This document shows positions 8,589 to 18,413 of a stretch of 51,087 bases of DNA, one piece after another. The notes under the pieces are model-generated. The model saw only the letters and a program-made list of their open reading frames with translations, had not been told where the DNA came from and made no database searches. Position 1 is the stretch's first letter, and the number at the start of each line of letters is the position of its first letter. Both the position numbers and the translations under genes were made by a program. This stretch comes from Muriicola sp. (GTDB lineage Bacteria; Bacteroidota; Bacteroidia; Flavobacteriales; Flavobacteriaceae), in contig NZ_JBFGBM010000001.1 in the NCBI RefSeq assembly GCF_041567615.1, positions 1 to 51,087 of the forward strand, written 5' to 3'.

Positions 8589-9968
8589 CTATAAAAGGTG
8601 TTTGAGTTTTTTGATGAAGCTGACGGGGAGTCTGTAGGGCGGATTTCTGAATTTCGGATCCAGCCAGGTCCCGCGGTGTATTACTGCTTTCTGATGGGAA
8701 AAGGCATTAAAGCTCCGTTTGCCGTGATAGGAACCGAGTCCGCTATTGCCCACGCCTCCAAAGGGGAGGTTCTTGTTACTGATGTGTATCAGGGTGTCGT
8801 TGATCACCCCACCCCCAAAACTGTATTTGCGGAGCATTTTTTTCTGAAAGGCCTTTTTTCTGGAGAAAATATAGGCTGCCAGGGGCTTCCCGTGGCTCGA
8901 TATCCAGGCATCGATTTCCTCTTCATTCCTGTATGAGATCAAGGGGAGTAGGGGCCCGAAGATTTCTTCCTGCATGATCTCACTGTCCCTGCCGGGCTCG
9001 TCTACCAGTGTGGGGGCGATAAAACGGTCCTTCGCATTGTACTGTCCGCCAAAAAGCAATTCCTGCCCTTCCATAAGACCGACCAGCCTCTTGAAATGTC
9101 TTTCGGAAATGATCCTGGCCAGGTCTGGAGAATTCTCGGGGTTTTCCCCGAAGAATCGGACGATGCTCTTTTTCAATTCCTCAACAAGCCGATCCTTGAT
9201 CGAAGCGTGCACCAGGATGTAATCGGGGGCAATGCAGGTCTGACCCGCATTGAGGAATTTGCCCCAAACGATCCTTCCGGCAGCCTGGGCGGGCAGGGCA
9301 GATCCATCGACTATACAAGGGCTTTTCCCCCCCAGTTCGAGGGTAACCGGCGTGAGGTTCCCGGCGGCACTTTCATATACGATCTTGCCGACCCTTGTAC
9401 TCCCCGTAAAAAAGATATAATCCCATTTTTCTGCCAAAAGGGCTTTGGCTACCTCGGCGTCCCCTTGGAAGACCATGGCGTGGTCGGGGTCGAACACAGC
9501 CGATACCATTTCAGCGATGAGTTTGGACGTATTCGGGGTCAATTCCGAAGGCTTGAGGACGGCCGTATTCCCCGCAGCGATGGCCGAAATAAGCGGCATG
9601 AGTGTGAGTTGGAAGGGGTAGTTCCAGGGAGCGATGATCAGTACTGTGCCATAAGGTTCTTTGTAGATCCGATCCGAGGATGGGAAATTAAGAAGGGAGG
9701 AAGGAACCCTTTCAGGGCGGGCCCAAAGCTCCAAATGCCGGATCAGGGTATTGAGTTCGGCAAGTACAAATTGTGTCTCTGCTATCAGGGTCTCAAAACG
9801 GGGCTTCTTAAAATCGGCATAGAGGGCGTTGCAGATAGCATCTTCCTTTTTTACGATTTCAGATCTCAACTTTTTGAGTGTCTGCCTTCTGAATTGGAGC
9901 TCTTTGGTACGACCCGTACCGAAATACCTGCGCTGGGCTTCCAAACGCTCTTTGATAGTGTGTCGCAT
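8589..9968 (-). CDS. Aldehyde dehydrogenase (ALDH3/YwdH-like)
   Basis: PWNYP, KPSE, FTGS, LELGGKSP, NAGQTC (catalytic Cys) and EEIFGP motifs. ATG at 9968 preferred over the ORF-track start at 10013. Confidence 0.9.
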   Translation of the reverse strand: MRHTIKERLEAQRRYFGTGRTKELQFRRQTLKKLRSEIVKKEDAICNALYADFKKPRFETLIAETQFVLAELNTLIRHLELWARPERVPSSLLNFPSSDRIYKEPYGTVLIIAPWNYPFQLTLMPLISAIAAGNTAVLKPSELTPNTSKLIAEMVSAVFDPDHAMVFQGDAEVAKALLAEKWDYIFFTGSTRVGKIVYESAAGNLTPVTLELGGKSPCIVDGSALPAQAAGRIVWGKFLNAGQTCIAPDYILVHASIKDRLVEELKKSIVRFFGENPENSPDLARIISERHFKRLVGLMEGQELLFGGQYNAKDRFIAPTLVDEPGRDSEIMQEEIFGPLLPLISYRNEEEIDAWISSHGKPLAAYIFSRKKAFQKKMLRKYSFGGGVINDTLIHISNKNLPFGGVGNSGLGSYHGKRSFNAFSHQKAVIHRGTWLDPKFRNPPYRLPVSFIKKLKHLL

Positions 9969-10156
9969 AGCCCAAAAATAGGGTTTTTCAGGGACCCTGG
10001 ACGAAATTCTCATCGAATTCTATCGGGTACGGTAAATGATGAATATGATAAATAATAAGACCTTAATGTATTGAATATCAATATAATATAGCTAAACATA
10101 GCTCATTGGCTTTATCCCTGACCTTTCTGATACCCCGGAAGGGTCTTTTAAACCAG

Positions 10157-10164
10157 TATCTTTG
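10157..10164 (+). promoter_or_regulatory. Bacteroidota -7 promoter element (TATCTTTG) for the ilv operon
   Basis: Exact TAnnTTTG match 33 bp upstream of the ilvD start. Confidence 0.6.
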
Positions 10165-10197
10165 AGTTGATTAGTCTTTAAAAAGTAAACTGCAGCA

Positions 10198-11892
10198 TTG
10201 GAAAAGAAGACGACCGCATTAAATAAATTCAGCAAAAACGTAACTCAGGATCCCACACAGCCCGGCGCTCAGGCGATGCTTTATGCCATTGGTTTGACCG
10301 AGGAGGATCTGCAAAAACCCCTGATCGGAATAGGAAGCACGGGCTATGAGGGTAACCCCTGTAATATGCACCTCAATGATCTGGCCCAGGTTGTTAAAAA
10401 GGGTTTGAAGGAGAAGGACCTTGTGGGCCTTGTTTTCAATTCTATAGGGGTTAGTGACGGAATTTCCATGGGCACCTACGGGATGCGCTATTCATTGCCT
10501 TCCAGGGATGTTATTGCGGATTCCATGGAAACGGTGGTGCAGGCCATGAATTACGACGGACTTGTCACGGTGGTCGGCTGTGACAAGAATATGCCGGGGG
10601 CACTTATGGCTATGATCCGGCTTAACAGGCCCTCCGTCCTTGTCTACGGGGGCACGATCGCATCGGGATGTCTCAATGACCGTAAGCTCGATATTGTCAG
10701 CGCCTTTGAAGCCTGGGGTGAGAAGGTGGCAGGAACCATCAGCGAAGGGGAATTCAAAAGTGTGATACAGAATGCATGTCCGGGAGCAGGAGCCTGCGGG
10801 GGTATGTACACAGCCAATACTATGGCCTCTGCCATTGAAGCACTGGGAATGGCCATGCCCTATAATTCATCCAACCCGGCCACGGGCAAGGATAAGGAAA
10901 AGGATTGTTTGGAAGCGGGCAGGGCACTGAGGTATCTGCTCGAGAACGATATAAAACCCAGCGACATCATCAGCAGGAAATCCCTTGAAAACGCGGTCAG
11001 GCTGATCACCGTTCTCGGAGGTTCAACGAACGCAGTACTTCATTTCCTGGCCATTGCAAAGGCGGCGGAGATCGAATTCACCCTGGATGATTTTCAGAGG
11101 ATCAGCGACACCACGCCCTTCCTGGCCGATCTGAAACCCAGCGGAAAATATCTTATGGAAGATGTACACAGGGTAGGCGGGATCCCGGCGGTCATGAAAT
11201 TCATGCTTGAGAACGGTATGCTGCACGGCGACTGCCTGACGGTAACGGGTAAGACCGTAGCCGAGAATCTCGAAAAAATACCGGGCCTGAAGGAAGGTCA
11301 AAAAGTGGTACATACCCTGAAAAACCCCATAAAGGAAACCGGACATTTGAGGATCCTTTACGGCAACCTGGCCCCCAAAGGAGCCGTGGCAAAGATCACC
11401 GGGAAAGAAGGATATCATTTTACAGGTCCGGCCAAGGTCTTTGAAGATGAATTCAAAGCTAATGAAGGCATAGGAAAGGGCCTGGTAAAAAAGGGGGATG
11501 TGGTGGTCATACGTTATGAGGGCCCCAAGGGCGGACCTGGGATGCCGGAGATGCTCAAGCCAACAGCCGCCATTATGGGGGCAGGTCTGGGCAAGGATGT
11601 GGCCCTGATCACGGACGGACGATTCTCAGGGGGTACCCATGGTTTTGTCGTGGGACACGTTTCCCCGGAAGCCCAGGAAGGAGGCCCTATCGCCTTGCTT
11701 CGCGATGGGGACATGATCACCATAGATGCAGAAAAGAATACGATCAGCGTTGCACTATCTGATGGGGAAATGGCCGATAGAAAAGCGAAATGGAAACAGC
11801 CGCCCTTAAAGGTGCGGAAGGGAAGCCTTTACAAATACGCCAATACCGTCTCCTCAGCTTCCGAGGGTTGTGTTACGGATCAATTTAAATAG
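10198..11892 (+). CDS. ilvD: Dihydroxy-acid dehydratase
   Basis: [46 protein letters not shown] and TDGRFSG motifs; TTG start. Confidence 0.96.
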   Translation: MEKKTTALNKFSKNVTQDPTQPGAQAMLYAIGLTEEDLQKPLIGIGSTGYEGNPCNMHLNDLAQVVKKGLKEKDLVGLVFNSIGVSDGISMGTYGMRYSLPSRDVIADSMETVVQAMNYDGLVTVVGCDKNMPGALMAMIRLNRPSVLVYGGTIASGCLNDRKLDIVSAFEAWGEKVAGTISEGEFKSVIQNACPGAGACGGMYTANTMASAIEALGMAMPYNSSNPATGKDKEKDCLEAGRALRYLLENDIKPSDIISRKSLENAVRLITVLGGSTNAVLHFLAIAKAAEIEFTLDDFQRISDTTPFLADLKPSGKYLMEDVHRVGGIPAVMKFMLENGMLHGDCLTVTGKTVAENLEKIPGLKEGQKVVHTLKNPIKETGHLRILYGNLAPKGAVAKITGKEGYHFTGPAKVFEDEFKANEGIGKGLVKKGDVVVIRYEGPKGGPGMPEMLKPTAAIMGAGLGKDVALITDGRFSGGTHGFVVGHVSPEAQEGGPIALLRDGDMITIDAEKNTISVALSDGEMADRKAKWKQPPLKVRKGSLYKYANTVSSASEGCVTDQFK

Positions 11893-11930
11893 GTTGGCGA
11901 ATAAGATTGTCTCAGCTCGAATGACAAATT

Positions 11931-13664
11931 ATGGAAACGATTACATCAAAGAAAACCGCGAAGAATAACCCCGATAAGTTGAGGGTTAGTGGGGCAGAAG
12001 CGATCATACATTGCCTTCTGGCCGAAGGAGTGGACCTTATTTACGGGTATCCGGGAGGGGCTATCATGCCGGTTTATGACGAACTTTATAAATTTCAGGA
12101 CAGGCTTACTCATATCCTTACCAGGCACGAACAGGGTGCCACCCATGCCGCCCAGGGCTATGCCCGGGTCAGTGGCAGGGTAGGCGTAGCCATGGCGACA
12201 TCAGGTCCGGGTGCGACCAACCTCGTCACAGGGTTGGCCGACGCCCAGATCGATTCCACACCCATCGTCTGTATCACGGGGCAAGTTCCCCGTCACCTCC
12301 TTGGTTCTGATGCCTTCCAGGAGACCGATATCATCGGCATTTCGACTCCCGTGACCAAGTGGAACTACCAGATCACCAAGGCCGAAGAGATTCCGTACAT
12401 CATGGCAAAGGCCTTTTTCATTGCCAGGTCGGGCAGACCCGGGCCGGTACTCATCGACATTACAAAAAATGCACAATTCGACGAACTCGATTTTCATTAC
12501 GAGGCCTGTAAAGGCGTGCGTAGTTATCCGCCAGTGGCCAAAGCCCATGAAAAAGATCTGGATGCGGCAGCCGAATTGATCAATAAGGCTAAAAAACCGT
12601 ATATCGTCTTCGGCCAGGGAGTCATACTCGGGAAGGCGGAAGAGGAACTGAAGCAACTGGTGGAAAAAGCCGGGATCCCGGCTGCCTGGACCATCCTGGG
12701 ACTTTCAGCCATGAGTACAGAACATCCTCTCAATGTGGGAATGGTAGGCATGCACGGCAACTACGGCCCCAATGTCCTTACCAATGAATGCGACGTCCTG
12801 ATCGCTATCGGTATGCGCTTTGATGACCGGGTGACCGGAAATCTGGAGACCTATGCCAAACAGGCCAAGATCATCCATATGGAGATAGATCCTGCGGAGA
12901 TCGATAAGAATGTAAAGGTAGACATCGCACTGCTGGGGGATGCCAGAGAGACGCTGAGAGCGTTACTGCCCAGGATTGAGAAGAACAGTCACGAAGCCTG
13001 GAGGAATGAATTCCGATTGAAATATCAGGAAGAATTCAGGGAGGTCATCGAGAGAGATCTTCATCCCACAAAGGCCGGACTTACTATGGGCGAAGTGGTG
13101 GAGGAGATCAACCAGGCTACCAAAAACAAGGCGGTTATCGTAACGGACGTGGGCCAGCACCAGATGGTAACCTGCCGATACGCCAAATTCGACCAGTCTA
13201 AGAGCAATATAACCTCAGGCGGGCTGGGCACCATGGGCTTTGCCCTTCCTGCTGCCATCGGTGCCAAGATGGGAGCTATGGACCGGGAAGTTGTGGCTAT
13301 TATAGGAGATGGGGGGTACCAGATGACCATACAGGAACTGGCTACTATTTATCAAAACAAATTGGCCGTCAAGATCGTGGTGCTCAACAACGACCATCTG
13401 GGGATGGTGAGGCAATGGCAGGAACTCTTTTTTGAGAGAAGGTATGCCTCTACCGTGATGACCAACCCGGACTTCGTCAAGATCGCCGAAGGATATCATA
13501 TCCGGGCGAAACGGGTTACGGAAAGGAAAGACCTCAAAGCGGCGGTCACAGAAATGATCGCTTCCAAGGAGCCTTACTTCCTGGAAGTGAAGGTGGAGAA
13601 GGAAGACAATGTCTTTCCCATGATCCCTTCCGGCGCATCCGTATCAGATATCAGATTAAAGTAA
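11931..13664 (+). CDS. ilvB: Acetolactate synthase large subunit
   Basis: GYPGG, RHEQGA, TSGPGATN, DAFQE, RFDDRVTG, GDG...NN (TPP motif) and LGMVRQWQ. Confidence 0.96.
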   Translation: METITSKKTAKNNPDKLRVSGAEAIIHCLLAEGVDLIYGYPGGAIMPVYDELYKFQDRLTHILTRHEQGATHAAQGYARVSGRVGVAMATSGPGATNLVTGLADAQIDSTPIVCITGQVPRHLLGSDAFQETDIIGISTPVTKWNYQITKAEEIPYIMAKAFFIARSGRPGPVLIDITKNAQFDELDFHYEACKGVRSYPPVAKAHEKDLDAAAELINKAKKPYIVFGQGVILGKAEEELKQLVEKAGIPAAWTILGLSAMSTEHPLNVGMVGMHGNYGPNVLTNECDVLIAIGMRFDDRVTGNLETYAKQAKIIHMEIDPAEIDKNVKVDIALLGDARETLRALLPRIEKNSHEAWRNEFRLKYQEEFREVIERDLHPTKAGLTMGEVVEEINQATKNKAVIVTDVGQHQMVTCRYAKFDQSKSNITSGGLGTMGFALPAAIGAKMGAMDREVVAIIGDGGYQMTIQELATIYQNKLAVKIVVLNNDHLGMVRQWQELFFERRYASTVMTNPDFVKIAEGYHIRAKRVTERKDLKAAVTEMIASKEPYFLEVKVEKEDNVFPMIPSGASVSDIRLK

Positions 13665-13670
13665 AAAGCC

Positions 13671-14201
13671 ATGGAAAAAAAGTGGTTCACCATATCCGTA
13701 TACTCCGAGAACAACGTAGGCCTGCTAAACAGGATCTCGGGAATATTCTTAAAGCGACATATTAATATAGAAGGTTTAAATGTCTCTAAATCAGAAATTG
13801 AACATGTTTCTAAATTTACAATTGTCGTTTTCACCACGGAGGACTGGACTCGGAAGATCGTAGCCCAGATTGAAAAGCAGATCGAGGTGATCAAAGCTTT
13901 CTACCACACAGATGAGGAGATCATTTATCAGGAATCCGCCCTGTTCAAGATCGCCTCTCATCTGCTATTTGACGAAAGGCAGATCCAGAATATTATCAAG
14001 GAGAGCAATTCCCAGATCGTTACCGTATCCAGGGAATTCTTTGTCCTGGCTAAGACCGGGCGCAGGCATGAGATAGACGAGATGCACGACCAGCTCGAAC
14101 CCTATGGTATCCTGCAATTCGTAAGATCCGGAAGAATAGCGGTGACCAAGGCTTCCATGCCGATCACGGCCATGCTCAACGCCTATGAAAATCAAGAATA
14201 A
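13671..14201 (+). CDS. ilvN: Acetolactate synthase small (regulatory) subunit
   Basis: ACT domain (ENNVGLLNRISGIF..R.INI), C-terminal FVRSGRIAV, located between ilvB and ilvC. Confidence 0.93.
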   Translation: MEKKWFTISVYSENNVGLLNRISGIFLKRHINIEGLNVSKSEIEHVSKFTIVVFTTEDWTRKIVAQIEKQIEVIKAFYHTDEEIIYQESALFKIASHLLFDERQIQNIIKESNSQIVTVSREFFVLAKTGRRHEIDEMHDQLEPYGILQFVRSGRIAVTKASMPITAMLNAYENQE

Positions 14202-14222
14202 CGAGAACCTAACAGATTACGC

Positions 14223-15698
14223 ATGACGAATTATTTCAATACTCTTTCCCTGAGGGATCAATTAAAACAATTAGGAAAATGCCGGTTTATGGACACGAGC
14301 GAATTTGCCGACGGGGTATCCGCCCTTAAAGGCAAAAAGATCGTGATCATCGGATGCGGTGCCCAGGGCCTGAACCAGGGGTTAAACATGAGGGACTCAG
14401 GCCTCGATATAGCCTATACGCTTCGTGAAGCCGCGATCTCAGAAAAGCGGGCCTCTTATATCAATGCCACGGAAAATGGCTTCAAAGTGGGGACCTATGA
14501 AGAGTTGGTGCCTTCGGCCGATCTGCTCATCAACCTCACACCGGACAAACAACATACCAATGTCATCAAAAGTGTGATGCCCCTGATGAAAAAAGGAGCA
14601 ACCCTGTCTTATTCACACGGCTTCAATATCGTGGAGGAGGGAATGCAGATCAGGAAGGACCTGACCGTGATCATGGTGGCTCCGAAAAGCCCGGGTTCCG
14701 AGGTCAGGGAAGAATACAAACGCGGTTTTGGGGTGCCTACACTCATAGCTGTACACCCCGAAAATGACCCCGAAGGTAAAGGCCTTGCCCAGGCCAAGGC
14801 CTATGCTGCAGCCACCGGGGGCCACAAGGCAGGAGTGCTTGAGTCTTCCTTCGTGGCAGAGGTGAAATCGGATTTGATGGGAGAACAGACCATCCTGTGC
14901 GGACTGCTGCAGACGGGCTCCATCCTCTGTTTTGACAAAATGTTGGAAAAAGGGATAGATGCGGGCTACGCTTCCAAACTTATACAATACGGGTGGGAGA
15001 CCATCACGGAAGGCTTGAAATACGGAGGGATCACCAACATGATGGACAGGCTGTCCAATCCTGCCAAGATCAAGGCCTTCGACCTTTCAGAAGAATTAAA
15101 AGACATAATGCGCCCCTTATTTCAAAAACATATGGACGACATCATGAGCGGGCATTTTTCCAAAACCATGATGGAAGACTGGGCGAACGATGACAAAAAC
15201 CTCCTCACCTGGAGGGCTGCAACCGGCGAGACGGCCTTTGAGAAGACCCCTGCAGGAGACCAGAAGATCTCTGAACAGGAATATTACGACAATGGGGTCC
15301 TTATGGTAGCCTTTGTAAGAGCGGGGGTGGAGCTCGCCTATGAAGCCATGACGGAGTCTGGGATCATAGGGGAATCAGCCTATTACGAGTCCCTTCATGA
15401 AACTCCCCTGATCGCCAATACCATCGCCAGGAAAAAACTTTTTGAGATGAACCGTGTGATCTCAGATACGGCTGAATACGGATGCTATCTTTTTGACCAC
15501 GCCTGCAAGCCCCTCCTGAAGGATTTTATGAAAAAGATCGATACAGATGTCATCGGCAAGGCTTTTGGGGAAGGCAGGGATAACGGAGTTCCCAATGCGA
15601 AACTCATTCAGGTAAACAAAGCCCTGAGGGAGCACCCGGTAGAAAAGGTAGGAGCCAGACTGCGGGCATCCATGACGGCCATGAAACCCATTGTCTAA
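14223..15698 (+). CDS. ilvC: Ketol-acid reductoisomerase (long, class II)
   Basis: [43 protein letters not shown] and ISDTAEYG motifs; 491 aa. Confidence 0.96.
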   Translation: MTNYFNTLSLRDQLKQLGKCRFMDTSEFADGVSALKGKKIVIIGCGAQGLNQGLNMRDSGLDIAYTLREAAISEKRASYINATENGFKVGTYEELVPSADLLINLTPDKQHTNVIKSVMPLMKKGATLSYSHGFNIVEEGMQIRKDLTVIMVAPKSPGSEVREEYKRGFGVPTLIAVHPENDPEGKGLAQAKAYAAATGGHKAGVLESSFVAEVKSDLMGEQTILCGLLQTGSILCFDKMLEKGIDAGYASKLIQYGWETITEGLKYGGITNMMDRLSNPAKIKAFDLSEELKDIMRPLFQKHMDDIMSGHFSKTMMEDWANDDKNLLTWRAATGETAFEKTPAGDQKISEQEYYDNGVLMVAFVRAGVELAYEAMTESGIIGESAYYESLHETPLIANTIARKKLFEMNRVISDTAEYGCYLFDHACKPLLKDFMKKIDTDVIGKAFGEGRDNGVPNAKLIQVNKALREHPVEKVGARLRASMTAMKPIV

Positions 15699-15736
15699 AG
15701 CCTTTAATTCTCTATTTTTAAGGAAAACTGAATAAC

Positions 15737-17329
15737 ATGGCCACAGAGACGGCGATCATCCCTGAAAAATATCAGATCTCGGAACAGATCCACCAGAGAA
15801 CCTATTTGGTAGACGGCGAATTAAAACCCTGGAAAGGGAATGTGACCGAAGTGTTCTCAACCCTCTCTTCGACGGAAACCTACAGCCATACCGTATTGGG
15901 AAGTATTCCAGACCTGGGGGAGGCTGAGGCCATGGAGGCTCTTGAAGGTGCTTTGAAGGCTTATGACCAGGGGAAGGGCATCTGGCCTACCATGAAGGTA
16001 AGGGATCGCATAGAGTGCATGGAGAAGTTCGTGTCCCAAATGAAAACAAAAAGGGATGAAGTGGTGAAGCTGCTTATGTGGGAGATCGGCAAATCGCTCC
16101 CGGACTCCATCAAGGAATTTGACCGTACCGTAGATTACATTTACGACACGATTGAAGATTACAAGCAACTGGACCGCAACTCGGCTAAATTCCAGAAGCA
16201 CGAAGGCGTATATGCCCACATCAGGCGTGGCCCTCTGGGAGTTGTCCTTTGTCTGGGGCCATATAATTACCCCTTAAACGAAACCTTCGCGCTTTTAATT
16301 CCGGCGTTGATCATGGGGAATACGGCCATATTCAAACCGGCTAAGCACGGAGTGCTGCTGATCACTCCTCTGCTGGAGGCTTTCAGGAACAGCTTCCCGA
16401 AAGGGGTAGTCAATATTCTTTTTGGCCGGGGTCGATCTGTGGCTGCGCCCATTATGAAAACCGGGAAGGTAGACGTCCTGGCCCTGATCGGGAACAGCCG
16501 GTCTGCCAACGCCCTGCAGGAACAGCACCCCAAGAGTAACCGCTTGCGACTGGTCCTTGGGCTGGAGGCCAAAAACCCGGCTATCATCCTGCCCGATGCC
16601 GATATGGACCTTACCGTAGAAGAATGTATTACGGGCACCCTGAGTTTTAACGGACAGAGGTGTACGGCCCTGAAGATCGTCTATGTGCACGAAGAAGTGA
16701 GGGAAAACTTTCTGAAACAGTTCGCTTCCAGGGTTGATACTCTCAAATTCGGTAATCCCTGGGAAGAGGGAGTTAAACTGACTCCCCTGCCCGAACCGGG
16801 CAAACCGGCCTATATCCAGGAGCTCATTGATGATGCCCTGGCAAAAGGAGCCCGGATCATGAACGAAAAAGGAGGGAAGCATTTCGACAATTACATCTGG
16901 CCGGCAGTTCTTTATCCTGTCACCAAGGATATGCGTGTTTATCAGGAAGAGCAATTCGGGCCGGTGATTCCTGTCCTCTCCTTCCAGGATATCGAAGAGC
17001 CACTGGATGACATGGCAGAGAGCAACTACGGGCAGCAGGTAAGCCTGTTCGGGAAAGACGTCTATACACTGGCTCCTTTGATCGATACCCTGGCCAACCT
17101 GGTCTGCAGGGTAAATCTCAACAGTTCTTGCCAGAGAGGTCCCGATGTGTATCCCTTTACCGGGAGGAAAGACTCTGCCCAGTCTACCCTCAGCGTGCAC
17201 GATGCCCTGCGTTCATTCTCCATACGTACCTTACTGGCCTTTAAGGATAACGAGATCAACAAGGACACCGTAAACCAGTTGCTGGAGACCAAACTGTCAA
17301 ACTTTACCAGCACGGAATATATTCTTTAA
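15737..17329 (+). CDS. gapN: NADP-dependent non-phosphorylating glyceraldehyde-3-phosphate dehydrogenase (ALDH superfamily)
   Basis: [33 protein letters not shown] and [16 protein letters not shown] motifs, typical of GapN-like ALDHs. Confidence 0.78.
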   Translation: MATETAIIPEKYQISEQIHQRTYLVDGELKPWKGNVTEVFSTLSSTETYSHTVLGSIPDLGEAEAMEALEGALKAYDQGKGIWPTMKVRDRIECMEKFVSQMKTKRDEVVKLLMWEIGKSLPDSIKEFDRTVDYIYDTIEDYKQLDRNSAKFQKHEGVYAHIRRGPLGVVLCLGPYNYPLNETFALLIPALIMGNTAIFKPAKHGVLLITPLLEAFRNSFPKGVVNILFGRGRSVAAPIMKTGKVDVLALIGNSRSANALQEQHPKSNRLRLVLGLEAKNPAIILPDADMDLTVEECITGTLSFNGQRCTALKIVYVHEEVRENFLKQFASRVDTLKFGNPWEEGVKLTPLPEPGKPAYIQELIDDALAKGARIMNEKGGKHFDNYIWPAVLYPVTKDMRVYQEEQFGPVIPVLSFQDIEEPLDDMAESNYGQQVSLFGKDVYTLAPLIDTLANLVCRVNLNSSCQRGPDVYPFTGRKDSAQSTLSVHDALRSFSIRTLLAFKDNEINKDTVNQLLETKLSNFTSTEYIL

Positions 17330-17336
17330 TTAAGAG

Positions 17337-18392
17337 TCAGATGTGTTTGGCAAGCCAGTCGCCCACTTCGCTGGTCTTGTACGCCTTACCTTTTTCCGCC
17401 AGGTCTTCGGTGACAACCCCTTCGCCCAGGGAGCGGTTTACTACATCCCTGATCGCACTGGACTCCTCAAAAAGACCAAAATCGTCGAACATCATTGCTG
17501 CAGACAATACCGTAGCCAACGGGTTGGCAATGTCCTTACCTGCGGCCTGGGGGTAGGAACCGTGTATAGGCTCATACAGGCCGATGGACTCCCCGATGGA
17601 AGCGGAGGGCATGAGCCCCATAGACCCGCTGATCACGGAAGCTTCATCGGTAAGGATATCCCCGAAGAGGTTTTCGGTGATGAGTACGTCGTACGCATTC
17701 GGCCACTGCACCAATCGCATGGCAACGGCATCGACAAATTCGTAGGAGACCTCCACCTCAGGGTAATCTTTTTCCATGGCCTGTACGGTTTCCCTCCAAA
17801 GTCTGGATGATTCCAGGACGTTGGCCTTATCCACACAGCAAAGTTTTTTTGAGCGTTTCATGGCCATCTCAAATCCCTTTTTGGCCAGTCGTTGTACTTC
17901 CTTTCGGGTGTAAGTGCAGGTGTCATAGGCGGTCTCACCGTTGTCTTCCCGACCTCTTTTGCCAAAATAGATTCCACCCGTAAGCTCCCGGAGGAAGACC
18001 AGGTCTGTGCCCTCTATCCTTTCCCTTTTTAAAGGGGACCTCTCGATAAGGGAAGGGAAGGTGAAGGTAGGCCTGACGTTTGCGAACAGTCCCAGTTTCT
18101 GCCTCATTTTCAGCAATCCCTGTTCGGGCCTGACTTTAGCTGAAGGGTCATTGTCGAACCTGGGATGACCAATGGCCCCGAAGAGCACGGCGTCAGAGCC
18201 TGCACAGATGGCATGGGTCTCTTCGGGATAGGGATCGCCAACTGCATCGATGGCGGCAGCACCCGTGAGGGCGGGTTGCCAGTGGATCCTGTGGTTGAAT
18301 TTTTCTGCTACGGCATCGCAGACCTTTACGGCCTGGGCAATCACTTCAGGGCCGATACCATCTCCGGCCAGGAGGGCAATGTTCAATTCCAT
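17337..18392 (-). CDS. leuB: 3-isopropylmalate dehydrogenase
   Basis: GDGIGPEV, RPEQGLL, RELTGGIYFG, VDKANVL, NLFGDILTDEAS and EPIHGS motifs. Confidence 0.96.
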   Translation of the reverse strand: MELNIALLAGDGIGPEVIAQAVKVCDAVAEKFNHRIHWQPALTGAAAIDAVGDPYPEETHAICAGSDAVLFGAIGHPRFDNDPSAKVRPEQGLLKMRQKLGLFANVRPTFTFPSLIERSPLKRERIEGTDLVFLRELTGGIYFGKRGREDNGETAYDTCTYTRKEVQRLAKKGFEMAMKRSKKLCCVDKANVLESSRLWRETVQAMEKDYPEVEVSYEFVDAVAMRLVQWPNAYDVLITENLFGDILTDEASVISGSMGLMPSASIGESIGLYEPIHGSYPQAAGKDIANPLATVLSAAMMFDDFGLFEESSAIRDVVNRSLGEGVVTEDLAEKGKAYKTSEVGDWLAKHI

Positions 18393-18413
18393 ATAATATT
18401 CTATTTCCGGAAA

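Noticed and set aside
9096-10055. Long antisense ORFs (319 aa here; also 16295..17200, 19029..19826, 20123..20878, 32955..33596, 48102..48743)
   Set aside because: They lie opposite well-conserved genes, have no recognisable motifs, and are the shadow ORFs expected from codon bias.
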